From Eledone cirrhosa (lineage: Eukaryota): DNA of 64,000 nt. The stretch's first letter is position 1; every line of letters starts with the position of its first letter. Below the pieces are notes generated by a model that worked only from the letters and a program-made list of their open reading frames with translations, searched no databases and was not told the origin of the DNA. This document shows, one piece after another, positions 14,588 to 29,043 of the stretch. A program made the position numbers and the translations under genes. The stretch is taken from NCBI GenBank assembly GCA_964016885.1, contig OZ024742.1, positions 364,684,001-364,748,000 on the forward strand, given 5' to 3'.

Positions 14588-14853
14588 ATTTAAGTGTATT
14601 CTATTTTCTCCTAGTTTATTTTAAACCTAATTCTGCTTAGTTGACTGTATCTAGGCGATTACGCTGTCGAAATATTCGATAAATATTCCACTACGGCCGA
14701 CGCGAAGCGCTAGTTTTGGTTATTTGTTGGAGATTCCTTCATAGAAGCCTCATTCGTATAGCCTGGTCTATTCGATTTTTTATATAGTTAATTAAGCTAA
14801 TTGGGAGAGGAAATAGTATATATTTTATCTTGTGATTCTATAGACATGTTTTA

Positions 14854-15580
<727 letters not shown>

Positions 15581-15603
15581 AGTTGTCAATCAATTTCTAG
15601 TTG

Positions 15604-15656
<53 letters not shown>

Positions 15657-15659
<3 letters not shown>

Positions 15660-18235
15660 GAAGGCTGCATCGTCCGAAGCAAAATACGTGCTCTGGGAAA
15701 CGAGGGACCAAAGCTGTTAGCTGGGCCCGCGTGACAGAAGCCAACAGAGGGAGCAGATCCACTATCCGGTCTTTGCGAGACCAGGATGGACGGGGGATTC
15801 TTGAACCTAAGCAGATGTGTGAGGCTTTTCAAAAGAACTTTGCCGGATTGTTCGGAAGGGGCGGGGCGCCGGTTGGGGATGTGGACTTCGGTCCATACCT
15901 CGACGGCCTGCCGCGTCTCTCGGACCGGGAGGCGAAGTCCTGCGAGGAGCCGATTTCAGCCGCTGAGATAGAGGACGTGCTGAGCCAATGCGGCAAACGC
16001 AAATACCCGGGTCTCGATGGTCTTCCATACGAATTATATCTAGCTATGCCGGACTTGTTCCCCGATCTCCTCGAGGTTGTCTACTGCAACTGGCAACAGA
16101 ACGGGAGAATTCCCTGTGCTGTGACCAAGGGCGTAGTCACGCTAGTGAGGAAGGACGAGAACAAGGGGTCGATATAAATAATTTCAGGCCCATAACTCTG
16201 CTAAATACAGAGTTACAGATTTTGGCAAAGAGGTTGGCGCTTGTCGTGGGCAACCTGGTGGGAGATGCGCAGACATGTGCTATCCCGTCCAGGTCCATCC
16301 ACGACAACCTCCACTTCATGCGATACATCATAGAGAGGGTTGGGAACGAACCCGGCTTTGGTGGGGCCCTGATCAACTTGGATCAATCTAAGGCATTCGA
16401 TAGGGTCGACCATGGTTACCTGGATGCGGTGCTAGCGGCGGCAGGCTTCGGACCCGTTTTCAGGGGCTGGATCAATGCCATGCACAGCAGCCGCATCTGC
16501 TCTAGGGTCAAGGTGAACGGCTACCTCTCGGAGCCGTTCGAAATCGCGCGGCCCATCCGACAGGGGTGCCCTCTCTCCTCCCTTCTGTATGTAATGACTC
16601 TAGAGCCACTGCTGCGGAGTTGGAGTTGTTGCAGGGCATCCCGTTGGAACCGGGATTGCGGAAAGCGGTGTCAGCCTACGCCGATGACGTAACAGTAATG
16701 GTGTCGACGGCCTCGGAAATCGGGGCGATCGGCACCTTACTGGAGGAATACGAAAGGTTTACAGGGGCTAAGCTGAACCGGGACAAGTCGATCGGTCTGC
16801 AACTCGGCACGTGGAGGGGCAGATCGATGCCCTCCGATGGCGTCGTCGGGCGCTGGACGGAGGGCCCGGTGAAGTTGCTCGTGGTCTGGTTCGGACCAGA
16901 CCTCCAGGTGGAGAAGAACTGGGCGGAGGTAACGAACAGGGTGTTTGCACTGACCCAGAAGTGGGCCGAGTGCAAACTGTCCCTAAAAGGTCGGGCGGAG
17001 GTGGCGAACACTTATATAGCGTCCGTCATCTACTACCGCCTGACCGTTGTGCCTTGCCCAAGGGAAACGCTCGCCAAAATGGAGCGCGCACTCTTCCAAT
17101 TCCTTTGGAAGAGGCGGGCTCCTATGGTGAGAAGATCCATCTGCTGTCAACACCCTTCGAAAGGAGGGCTGGGGATGCCGTGGCTAATGATACGTAAACA
17201 CGCATTAAGGCTACGGCACCTTCAGGTATTCCTCTCCGGTCAACCGGTGTGGGCCCCGTTTGTGAGGCGAGCCTTTCCCAGACACGTCTCACTCACCGAG
17301 CTGCAATCCTGGGTCAAGCAAAGACCGAGAAAATTGGGCGCCTGGCACACCGAGTGTGCCCAGGCGCTCACGGCTCTCTGACAGGAGGTCCCGGCTGTCA
17401 GTGGAGAATCCAGCCTGTTCGGTAGGACATTCAGCCCGGGACCTATGGACAACTTCCAGAGGTCCCTGGCCTGGCAATGCTACAGAAGGGCTCTGCCCGT
17501 TCGAGAAAAGCTCTACAGACACGGGCGCCCGGGTAGGGACCCCTCGAAAAAGATCTGTCCCAGATGCGTGTGCGACGAGGAAACCGTTGCACACGCATTG
17601 GTACACTGCTCGGGCATTGCCGATCTGTGGGGCTATGTCGATCAACTGCTGTCAAGGGTGGGACCGATGCGGTTGACCACCGAGTCTATTGTAACGATCA
17701 AGCCGCCTCCCCTCTTCAAAAACGAAGAAGAGGCGGTGTTTCTCTGCGTAATAGCCATGGCGAAAGAGGTTGTATGGTGGACGCGTCTGAAAGGACTGAG
17801 GTCAGACACCTTTCTCTCTGGCCAACAACTGGTCCGTTTCTTCTGATATCATTTCGGAAGAAGGATCAGGATGGAGAGAGAGGTGCTGCACCCCAGCCGT
17901 TTTTATGAAAGATGGGTGAAAGTGGCGAGAATGGCCCGTGTGAATGGGCCTTCACTCTACATCAGACTATAGGTGAGGAAGATGAAAGACCAAGGGAGCA
18001 CCCCTTCTCTGTGCTCCCGAGAAAAAGGGTTGCACACTTTTTTCGGGAGTGTGTGCGACCCCCCAAGGCGCCTCCTCTCTATTGAGGACTTTGTTATAAA
18101 TTTTATTTTTTGTTATATTTTATTTTATTTTTATATATTGTTATTGCCTCCTCCTTATTGAGGACGCCTTGTTTTGTAAACTCCCCCCATTGTACTTGTC
18201 CCACTTTTGATGCCCTGGTGGCAAATAAAAGAAAC
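15657..18235 (+). mobile_element. 5'-truncated, frameshifted Tx1/L1-clade LINE (ORF2 RT plus C-terminal Zn knuckle, 3' UTR)
   Basis: PGLDGLPYE, NFRPITLLN, DQSKAFDRVDH, RQGCPLS, AYADDV and CPRC...ETVAHALVHC motifs across ORFs 15731-17846. Frameshifts near 16170 and 16610, stops at 17379 and 17844, AATAAA at the 3' end. GC-rich versus the host. Confidence 0.93.
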
Positions 18236-18359
18236 ATATATATATATATTAAATTTACTTCAAATGTAATATACCCTGTAGACCACAAATGTATTATACA
18301 CTCTAAAACGATATTATATATAGGTATAATAATGGTTTCTTATATATATGTATAATAAT

Positions 18360-18543
18360 TGTTTCTACTTTTGGCACAAGGTCAGCAATTAACCCAGTGT
18401 ATTACTGGCACTTTATTTTATCGACCCCGTAAGGATGAAAGGCAAAGTTAACCTCGGCGGAATTTGAACTCAGAATGGCAAGGGCCGTAACTCTATGCAT
18501 CAAAGCATGGCGTCCGACCCTCTACCGATACTGCCAATCCACC
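18360..18543 (-). mobile_element. SINE S1, full length with TSD
   Basis: Reverse complement of the S1 consensus. GTATAATAAT is duplicated at 18350-18359 and 18544-18553. Confidence 0.9.
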
Positions 18544-18629
18544 GTATAATAATATCATATATTAAGAGCAGAGCAGTAAATTATATACATATATATGTGT
18601 GAGTGTGTTTGTGTCTAATATTATTATTA

Positions 18630-18830
18630 TTGTATCAGTAGAGTCTCGGACATGCTTCATGTCATAGGGTTACGCCCCGTTTTCGATCTCAGTTCAAATT
18701 CTTCCAAGGTTAGCTTTGCCGTCCATCATTACGGGGTTGATAAAATAAAGTACCAGTAATGTACTGTGGTCGATTTACTTTACTCTCCCTTCCCTTAAAA
18801 TTGTCGGCCTTGTGCCTAAACAAGAAGCCA
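18630..18830 (+). mobile_element. Diverged SINE (S1-related)
   Basis: AGTTCAAATT...GATAAAATAAAGTACCAGT...GGCCTTGTGCC. Confidence 0.75.
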
Positions 18831-19189
18831 TTGTTGTTAAATTCAACACTGCAAAGGCGCACGTTTCGTTAAACGGATTCAACTTGAAATATTTCAAAGG
18901 AAAATAAAAGTTCGGTTTGGATAAAACATTAGAGAGTTACTGGGCTTTAGGGGAAGTAATTTACAGAAAAGCAATGTCCAGTGAAATGATCTACACAGAA
19001 TTTATTAACCGTATATATTGGTTGCAGTATAAATAATATATTAAAACTTGTCACTCTGGCTGAGTGCTCTACAACTTGGATATATTTACCAAATTATTGC
19101 CATATATATACTAACGAAATGCAGAGTGAATATATTATAAGGGGCTTCTGTCCTCTTGCGTTTTATCGTTTCGATAGAAGATGACAGAA

Positions 19190-19335
19190 TCTGATCAGAT
19201 GAGAGCAAACATCACGAGCGCTCTATCTCAAAATTATTTTTGAAAAGCATTAGAAATGCGCAACCAGTAAAAACTTAAAACTAAAACTTTTCCTTTTTAC
19301 TAATATATCACAACTCGTGTGTCACACCTCTATTA
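19190..19335 (+). repeat. Interspersed repeat family C fragment
   Basis: Matches 42553-42772 (GAGCAAACATCACG.GCGCTCTATCTCAAAATTATTTTTGAAAAGCATT...CACCTCTATT) with an internal deletion. Ends at an AT run. Confidence 0.8.
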
Positions 19336-19546
19336 AAAAAATATATATATACATATATATATAACAGCAGGCACCAAAGCAAATAAGCACACCCTAGAAA
19401 CATTAAAAATCAATGTTGAAATGGAACAACTAAAACTACAATACATGTTCAACGGTTGAGTCCAGTAGAGGAACAGAATTGTATGATTGGTGCTGGTTGT
19501 GATGATGAGAATTACAAGATGTGAGAGATGAGTAAGAGAGAGAGAG

Positions 19547-19639
19547 AAGAAGAAGAAGAAGAAGAAGAAGAAGAAGAAGAAGAAGAAGAAGAAGAAGAAG
19601 AAGAAGAAGAAGAAGAAGAAGAAGAAGAAGAAGAAGAAG

Positions 19640-19668
<29 letters not shown>
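19547..19668. repeat. (GAA)n microsatellite
   Basis: Pure GAA run. Confidence 0.97.
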
Positions 19669-19670
<2 letters not shown>

Positions 19671-19844
19671 TTAAAAAAGATGTTAAAAAAAGATGTTTAA
19701 AAAAGTAAAGAAATGCTATTATATTTATGATAATGGAGTTTGCATTGAAATTAGTGAAGGTGAGAAAATGTATAAATTGCGAGTTGAAATCGTATTAAAC
19801 AGTTGTAAATTATATTAAATGACGAAATGTCAGCAAAACTAACC

Positions 19845-20129
19845 TTAATGATATTTTAAATGTGACAATTTAAATTTCTTTCCTTTTTCAACTAAATACG
19901 AACAATCTGTCTTAATGGTTAAATTCTGAGATACCATGTGGCATTTAGTGGTTGTAGTTGTTGTTGTTGGGGTTTTTGATGTGATTGTTGGTGTTGTTTT
20001 TGTTGGTGTTGTTGTTGTTGGTGTTGTTGCTGTTGTATATGTTGTTGTTGTTGGTGTTGTTGCTGTTGTAGATGTTGATGTGGTTGTTGGTGTTGTTGTT
20101 GTTGGTGTGGTTTTTGATGTTGTAGTTGC

Positions 20130-20176
<47 letters not shown>

Positions 20177-20246
20177 CTGATGTTGTTGTTGTTGCTGTTG
20201 TTGTTGATGTTGTTGTTGCTGTTGTTGTTGATGTTGTTGTTGTTGC

Positions 20247-20278
<32 letters not shown>

Positions 20279-20420
20279 AAGATGATGATGTTGGTGTGGT
20301 TGTTGATGTTGATATTGGAGTTGATGATGATGTGGTTGATGATGATATCGTATTTAATGATGATGTTGTTGGTGATGAATGTATTGTTGATCTTGCTGTT
20401 GGTGATGATGATGTTGTTGC
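19845..20420 (-). CDS. Candidate Thr/Ser/Pro-rich (mucin-like) exon; may be only a degenerate (ACA)n repeat
   Basis: Open frame ATTSSSPTARST...TTTKCHMVSQNLTIKTDCSYLVEKG, preceded by an acceptor-like TTTCATTGACATACAG. No partner exon is firmly identified. Confidence 0.3.
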
Positions 20421-20597
20421 CTGTATGTCAATGAAATTTGCTATTGTTTTCATAATTATCCATGTGTTATTGTTTTATTTTCCCAGATGCCACAGCATGG
20501 CCGCTGTCTCACCACTGAATCTAGTAAAACAATGTTTGCTTTCTATCAACAAAATAAAATAATTCAGAATTAATGGGTTAAATTACTGAAACGAAAT

Positions 20598-21967
20598 GTG
20601 TTTTTGTTGGTCGAATGTCAATGAAATGTGTTCGTTGTTGTTGTTGTTAGAGTCGTTGGTCGATTGTCAATGAAAAGTGTTTCTTATTGTTGTTAGAGTT
20701 GTTGGTCGTATGTCAATGAAATGTGTTTGTTGTTGTTGTTGTTAGAGTTGTTGGTCGAATGTCAATGAAATGTGTTTGTTGTTGTTGTTGTTTTTGTTAG
20801 AGTTGTTGGGCGAATGTCAATGAAATATGTTTGTTACTGTTGTTAGAGTTGTTGGTCGAATGTCAATGAAATGTGTTTGTTGTTGTTGTTAGAATTGTTG
20901 GTCGAATGTCAATGAAATGTGTTTGTTGTTGTTGTTGTTAGAGTTGTTGGTCGAATGTCAATGAAATGTGTTTGTTGTTGTTGTTATTGTTGTTAGAGTT
21001 GTTGGTCGAATGTCAATGAAATGTGTTTGTTGTTGTTGATAGAGTTGTTGGTCGAATGTCAATGAAAAGTGTTTCTTGTTGTTAGAGTTGTTGGTCGTAT
21101 GTCAATGAAATGTGTTTGTTGTTGTTGTTAGAATTGTTGGTCGAATGTCAATGAAATGTGTTTGTTGTTGTTGGTCGAATGTCAATGAAATGTGTTTGTT
21201 GTTGTTGTTAGAGTTGTTGGTCGAATGTCAATGAAATGTGTTTGTTGTTGTTGTTGTTAGATTTGTTGTTCGAATGTCAATGAAATGTGTTTGATGGTGT
21301 TGTTGTTAGATTTGTTGTTCGAATGTCAATGAAATGTGTTTGTTGTGGTTGTTAGATTTGTTGGTCGAATGTTAATGAAATGTGTTTGGTGTTGTTTGTT
21401 AGAATTGTTGGTCTAATGTCAATGAAATGTGTTTGTTGTTGTTGTTAGAGTTGTTGGTCGAATGTCAATGAAATGTGTTTGTTGTTGTTGTTGTTGTTAG
21501 ATTTGTTGTTCGAATGTCAATGAAATGTGTTTGTTGTTGTTGTTAGAGTTGTTTGTCGTATGTTAATGAAATGTGTTTGTTGTTGTTGTTAGAGTTTTTG
21601 GTCGAATGTCAATGAAATGTGTTTGTTGTTGCTGTTAGAGTTGTTGGTCGAATGTCAATGAAATGTGTTTGTTGTTGCTGTTAGAGTTGTTGGTCGAATG
21701 TCAATGAAATGTGTTTGTTGTTGTTGTTAGAGTTGTTGGTCGAATGTCAATGAAATGTGTTTGTTGTTGTTAGATTTGTTGGTCGAATGTTAATGAAATG
21801 TGTTTGTTGTTGTTGTTAGCGTTGTTGGTCGAATGTCAATGAAATGTGTTTGTTGTTGCTGTTAGAGTTGTTGGTCGAATGTCAATGAAATGTGTTTGTT
21901 GTTGTTTTTAGAGTTGTTGGTCGAATGTCAATGAAATGTGTTTGTCGTTGTTGTTAGAGTTGTTGGT
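20598..21967. repeat. ~46-bp minisatellite with variable internal (GTT)n
   Basis: Unit GTTGTTGGTCGAATGTCAATGAAATGTGTTT(GTT)nAGA, ~30 copies. Confidence 0.96.
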
Positions 21968-22387
21968 ATTGAAAGTATTTATTCCAATTCACTGTAATCT
22001 CATCTGATACTTAATTCTTTCGTTTTCGTGGAGAATAAAGACAATGATAACCTAACTGGGATTCGAACTCAGGGCTATTTGCACTTTTATACCTCAAAAT
22101 TCTGTCTTCCGCTTTAATCCCGCTACTAAATTATCCACTTGAATGTCTCTAGCTCTATTTTATATCTTATTAAAAGATAATCTGAATAGATTGAAGAAAA
22201 TATGGTTTCATTTCATGAACACAAAACTAATCATATAATTGAGTGGTTTTATTCTTATCAAAATAACAGACGATTGAAATTTAATGCATTAAATTTGAAA
22301 CTGAATTTTTAAATCATATATTTGAAGATTACAACCTATTTTGAGTATTTATCAACTGGTAAAGATAGCTTGAAAATAATGTATTAT

Positions 22388-22483
<96 letters not shown>

Positions 22484-22570
22484 TTATATATATATTTATA
22501 TACATATATATATATATACATATATATATATACATAAATCTCTCTCTCTATATATATCTCTCTCTCCCTT

Positions 22571-22635
<65 letters not shown>

Positions 22636-22636
<1 letters not shown>

Positions 22637-23651
22637 GTAGAAGGTGAGTTTTATTGTAGCACAATAAAACAATGCAAATATCGGATATGTAGCACTCAAC
22701 AGTTTATAGGACTGGAGTATAAATAAAATAAGATCAAAAGATGGTTAACAGAGTTCCATGTATTTTATTATGTGCATTTCAAAAACAAATGTCATCATGG
22801 CATTAATATATACTAATATTACCATTAGTAAATTTTGTAAACACATATATATATATTTTTTTTAATTTTTATATATTTTTTTAATATATTTTTTTATATA
22901 TTTTTTTATATAATTTTTTTGACGTTATATATTTTTTCTACCTTAAATTTCCTCTTTCTTCTCTCCTTCCGTGCTCGTATTAAACCTATTATTTACTTTT
23001 TCATATTACAATACATAGAAACAAACTTAGACCCTAACTAATTCCTCTAAATTCATAATTCATTTAATCTCTTCTTCATTCACATTATCTCCTTAATATA
23101 TTTATTTTAATAATACATATTAATAAATTCCTTTTCGCACATATTATTAAACCCTTCAATATATAAACCTTAAATAAATACTATTCTTAATTCCTTTTTC
23201 TTTAATCATAAACATCACCATTCATGAACCTCATTAACTTTTAATTTCAAACTTTCTTTTAAATTATGTATTATCTTACAACGGTTTTTTTTATTTCTCT
23301 CTGTGAGACAGTGTTTCTCAGTATTAAAGGCTATCTATCTCTCTCTCTCTCACTCATTTCTCCTCCTCTCTCATCCTTCCTTCTTATACTCCTCCCCCGT
23401 CATCCTTTATTTTCTTTCTTCCTCTTCCTTACCTTTTCCTTCACCCTTCCTTCTTTTTTTCCCAATTTCATATATCCATCTTATTTTATTTTTCATATGT
23501 AGATTTAACACTTCACTGCTCGCAAGTTTTTTTAAACTTCATATCACGTCTCCCTATTTTATCTGATGAGAACGCAAGTATCATCCCATGAGGATATTTG
23601 TTTTTGAAATACGCATAATAAAATACATGGAACTCTTTTAACCATCTTTTG

Positions 23652-23655
<4 letters not shown>
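22636..23655 (+). mobile_element. Hammerhead-bearing fold-back element, family A copy 1
   Basis: Inverted terminal repeats (~22732-22799 vs ~23587-23654) plus a ~95-nt one-sided extension. The non-coding body is shared with 55260-56150. Inserted in (AT)n. Confidence 0.85.
23555..23625 (+). ncRNA. Hammerhead ribozyme (family A)
   Basis: TATTTTAT-CTGATGA-long stem II hairpin-GAAA-TACGCA-TA-ATAAAATA. Confidence 0.85.
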
Positions 23656-23714
<59 letters not shown>

Positions 23715-24794
23715 TTTGTCATCATAGACTTGCGTTGCTATGAAATCGAACAATTTTGTTATCTAGTGATGGGAAAGAAATAATAGAAAGCTTAAATTGA
23801 ATACTTGAAGAAAATGAATTATTTAACAAGAGAATTGCAGAACTTCACACATTCCATTTTATATAAATACTTCTGTTTGTGTATGAATATATTCATATTC
23901 GAAAAAAATCTACAAAATATTTTAATTCGTTTCTCAGTAAATTAAAATATTTTGTATATTTTGTTAAATTTCATTTCCTATATTGTTTCTACATAAACAG
24001 AGTCACGATATATTTATTCATAGAGATGTCGCAAGAAATATATATTACTGTAAACGAGGGCTTCGTAAAGAGGTCCATATTGATCGCTTGGTGGGAATAA
24101 TATTTGGTAAGGATGAATAAATGCGTAGTGTTTCTTTTACTAGGTTTCATTCAGGAATTTATTTATAACGGGGACAAGATAATAACTGGATATGTAGACT
24201 TGCTGACAGTTATCGTACATTGCCTGCGTCAGTGTAATGGTTACTAGTGATATATCGTTCATAAAAGACCATCTTAAAAGAGAGAGAGGGGGAGAGAGAT
24301 TTATACTCAGAAGATAAAGATGGGGATGGCTCTTACGGCAAATAGCCGCTGCGTAAATGTATGAATGCTTTTCGAATATGTAAATTCTACCCGACGAACA
24401 TTCGAAGTTAATTGACTAGAAAATAACGATTGGAAGCATCAATGAATTGGAGAAATTTGCTGAATGATTTCGCTAGAATATGACTCGATTTTTGTTGGAG
24501 CATTGCAATAGATTGGTAAAAGAGAAGTATAAAGCAAGATTTACTGTGTAACAATCAATCAATGATGAAATAGCGTTAGCCATTGATATGAGATCGATTG
24601 TTGTGTTAGCAGTAGATTAGGGTAAAGAGTAAAGACTCACTCCCACTTTTGGTCACAAATGACCATGGGATTTACACCAAGGCACAAGTCCGGGAAAAGA
24701 CACCCCTCTCCACACCGCCGATATTGTCCTACGGAAAGGTAACAGATTAGACATACTATATATAACACTGAATCACCTGGTTTATAATCAGAAG

Positions 24795-27622
24795 GATAAA
24801 GTCACATTCCCCGTGATAAAGTCACATTCCCCGTGATAAAGTCACATTCCCCGTGATAAAGTCACATTCTCCGTGATAAAGTCACATTCCCCGTGATAAA
24901 GTCACTTTCCCCGTGATAAAGTCATATTTACCGTGATAAAGTCACATTGACCGTGATAAAGTCACATTTACCGTGATAAAGTCACATTCCACGTGATAAA
25001 GTCACATTCCCCGTGATAAAGTCACATTCACCGTGATAAAGTCACATTTACCGTGATAAAGTCACATTCCCCGTGATAAAGTCATATTTACCGTGATAAA
25101 GTCACATTTACAGTGAGAAAGTCACATTCCCCGTGATAAAGTCACATTCACCGTGATAAAGTCACATTTACCGTGATAAAGTCACATTCCCCGTGATAAA
25201 GTCACATTCACCGTAATAAAGTCACATTTACCGTGATAAAGTCACATTCCCCGTGATAAAGTCACATTTACCGTGATAAAGTCACATTTACCGTGATAAA
25301 GTCACATTCCCCGTGATAAAGTCACATTTACCGTGATAAAGTCACATTCACCGTGACAAAGTCACATTCACCGTGATAAAGTCACATTCCCCGTGATAAA
25401 GTCACATGTACCGTGATAAATTCACATTCCCCGTGATAAAGTCACTTTCCCCGTGATAAAATCACATTCCCCGTGATAAAGTCACATTCACCGTGATAAA
25501 GTCACATTCCCCGTGATAAAGTCACATTCCCCGTGATAAAGTCACATTTACCGTGATAAAGTCACATTCCCCGTGATAAAGTCACATGTACCGTGATAAA
25601 GTCACATTCCCCGTGATAAAGTCACATTTACCGTGATAAATTCACATTCCCCGTGATAAAGTCACATTCACCGTGATAAAGTCACATTTACCGTGATAAA
25701 GTCACTTTCCCCGTGATAAAGTCACATTTACCGTGATAAAGTCACATTCACCGTGATAAAGTCACATTCCCCGTGATAAAGTCACATTCACCGTGATAAA
25801 GTCACATTTACCGTGATAAAGTCACATTCCCCGTGATAAAGTCACATGTACCGTGATAAAGTCACATTCCCCGTGATAAAGTCACATTTACCGTGATAAA
25901 TTCACATTCCCCGTGATAAAGTCACATTCACCGTGATAAAGTCACATTTACCGTGATAAAGTCACTTTCCCCGTGATAAAGTCACATTTACCGTGATAAA
26001 GTCACATTCACCGTGATAAAGTCACATTCCCCGTGATAAAGTCACATTCACCGTGATAAAGTCACATTTACCGTGATAAAGTCACATTCCCCGTGATAAA
26101 GTCACATTTACCGTGATAAAGTCACATTCCCCGCGATAAAGTCACATTCACCGTGATAAAGTCACATTCCCCGTGATAAAGTCACATTTACCGTGATAAA
26201 GTCACATTCACCGTGATAAATTCACATTCTCCGTGATAAAGTCACATTCCCCGTGATAAAGTCACATTTACCGTGATAAAGTCAGATTCCCCGTGATAAA
26301 GTCACATTCCCCGTGATAAAGTCACATTTACCGTGATAAATTCACATTCCCCGTGATAAAGTCAGATTCCCCGTGATAAAGTCACATTCCCCGTGATAAA
26401 GTCACATTCCCCGTGATAAAGTCACATTCCCCGTGATAAAGTCACATTTACCGTGATAAATTCACATTCACCGTGATAAAGTCACATTCACCGTGATAAA
26501 GTCACATTCCCCGTGATAAAGTCACATTTACCGTGATAAATTCACATTCACCGTGATAAAGTCACATTCACCGTGATAAAGTCACATTCCCCGTGATAAA
26601 GTCACATTCCCCGTGATAAAGTCACATTTACCGTGATAAAGTCACATTCCCCGTGATAAAGTCACATTCCCCGTGATAAAGTCACATTCCCCGTGATAAA
26701 GTCACATTCCCTTGATAAAGTCACATTCCCCGTGATAAAGTCACATTCCCCGTGATAAAGTCACATTCCCCGTGATAAAGTCACATTTACCGTGAAGTCA
26801 CATTCCCCGTGATAAAGTCACATTCACCGTGATAAAGTCACATTTACCGTGATAAAGTCACATTCCCCGTGATAAAGTCGCATTCACCGTGATAAAGTCA
26901 CATTCCCCGTGATAAAGTCACATTCACCGTGATAAAGTCACATTCCCCGTGATAAAGTCACATTCCCCGTGATAAAGTCACATTTACCGTGATAAAGTGA
27001 CATTCCCCGTGATAAAGTGACATTCCCCGTGATAAAGTCACATTCACCGTGATAAAGTCACATTCCCCGTGATAAAGTCACATTCCCCGTGATAAAGTGA
27101 CATTTACCGTGATAAAGTCACATTCACCGTGATAAAGTCACATTTACCGTGATAAAGTCACATTTACCGTGATAAAGTGACATTCCCCGTGATAAAGTCA
27201 GATTCCCTGTGATAAAGTCACATTCCCCGTGATAAAGTCACATTCCCCGTGATAAAGTCACATTTACCGTGATAAAGTCACATTTACCGTGATAAAGTCA
27301 CATTCACCGTGAAGTCACATTCCCCGTGATAAAGTCACATTTACCGTGATAAAGTCACATTCACCGTGAAGTCACATTCCCCGTGATAAAGTCACATTTA
27401 CCGTGATAAAGTCACATTTACCGTGATAAAGTCACATTTACCGTGATAAAGTCACATTCCCCGTGATAAAGTCACATTTACCGTGATAAAGTCACATTTA
27501 CCGTGAAGTCACATTCCCCGTGATAAAGTCACATTCACCGTGATAAAGTCACATTTACCGTGATAAAGTCACATTCCCCGTGATAAAGTCACATTTACCG
27601 TGATAAAGTCACATTCACCGTG
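24795..27622. repeat. 20-bp minisatellite (~140 units)
   Basis: Unit GATAAAGTCACATT(CC/CA/TA)CCGT. Confidence 0.98.
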
Positions 27623-28861
27623 CTGAAATCAACATTTCCTGATTATATTGTCACTGCATTTCAAAAACTGTAGAATTAATATGACTGTTTCATGAGTGCA
27701 TTATAAAATCTCGTGGTCATACCGGGAGGATTAAAACGACTTTCCCCTCCCCCAAAATGGTTGGCTCGTGCCAAAATCAGAACACAGTTACTAATTAAAT
27801 GATGGGGGGTTGGCAGAGTCTATAAGTTCTGAGTTCAAATATTGCCGAGGTCAACATTTATGGGTTCGATAAAACAAAATATCACTCATATGCTGAAGTT
27901 GTGCATAAATTTGCATTCATTAGTATTACCTTAGGCATAAGTGAAGTACTAACAGTAGTATATAAATATCAGCTATAAGTTCTTGATGCCAGTGACCTGA
28001 TTGTTATTTAGTCCAGGAACATCTATCTGTATCTAAATTCGTGTTCTCAATGAACCTGCAACTGCTCTGTTGTTTCACATATCATATACACTCCCTGTCC
28101 AGTAAGCTATCATTATAACAAAAAGAAAGGGTTAATTTGGTGATTGTAATAGAATTCTTTTCAATTAATGGAAACAGTAATATTAAAAGTGTTAAGAAAA
28201 TATTTATTGCCATGAATAAATTGGGCTTATGTTAAAAATAAGATAGATAGCATGCGCTATATTGAAAGCCCGTATATGTTTTAGATAATAAAAATGAAAA
28301 ATAAATGAAAATGAAGTCTGTCTTTATCTTTTAATCTGTGGTATCAGCTGACTTAGGTTTAGTACAGAACATGGAAGAAAATGTAATAGTAACACGATAT
28401 GGTTGTTAACATACATTAAAGGAAGGATTTCACTCGGAATAATGGCTCGAATCAGGAAGCGTAAGAGAATTAATTGAGATGTAGTAGACATATAGGAGGC
28501 TAATACATTCTGGATTAATGAACAGTTTCAATAATAGAACACGTTCTGATATGTCATGCAAAATCGAAACCTATTATATTCCACATTATATTCTTTCAAT
28601 TACTCGGAGGCAATAAAAAATTTAAGTTATATTGCAACAAGATGTCATATGAGGAATATATACTTTATACAGTTGTTACAATGTTAATAAAAGGTTACTA
28701 ACGATTTGATGTAAATATTGCTTAGCTTTTTGTAGATTGAATGTTTATAAAAACCCTTGCATTTGAAATATTAATGTATGGCAGTGCGGTGTTTGATTCT
28801 TGTGGCCAGTTCTGTGCACGCTCTTCCATCACCAGGAGCGAATTATCTGATTTATACAACT

Positions 28862-29043
28862 TTGCAGTATCGGTAGAGGGTCGGACGCCATCCTTTCCAG
28901 CATGGAGTTACGGCCCTTTATGATCTGAGTTCAAATTCTGCCGAGGTTAACTTTGCCTTTCATCCTTCCGGGGTCGATAAAATAAAGTACCAGTAATACA
29001 CTGGAGTAATTGCTGGCCTTGTGCCAAAAGTAGAAACAATTAT
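28862..29043 (+). mobile_element. SINE S1
   Basis: Near-complete match to the copies at 48352 and 62201. Confidence 0.9.

Noticed and set aside
24795-27622. CRISPR-like array
   Set aside because: Contiguous tandem units with no unique spacers, no cas genes and a eukaryotic context. The same applies to the 47-bp and 46-bp arrays.
28778-28876. Signal-peptide-like sORF MAVRCLILVASSVHALPSPG...
   Set aside because: Only 32 codons, it runs into a SINE and there is no clear splice donor; compatible with chance.
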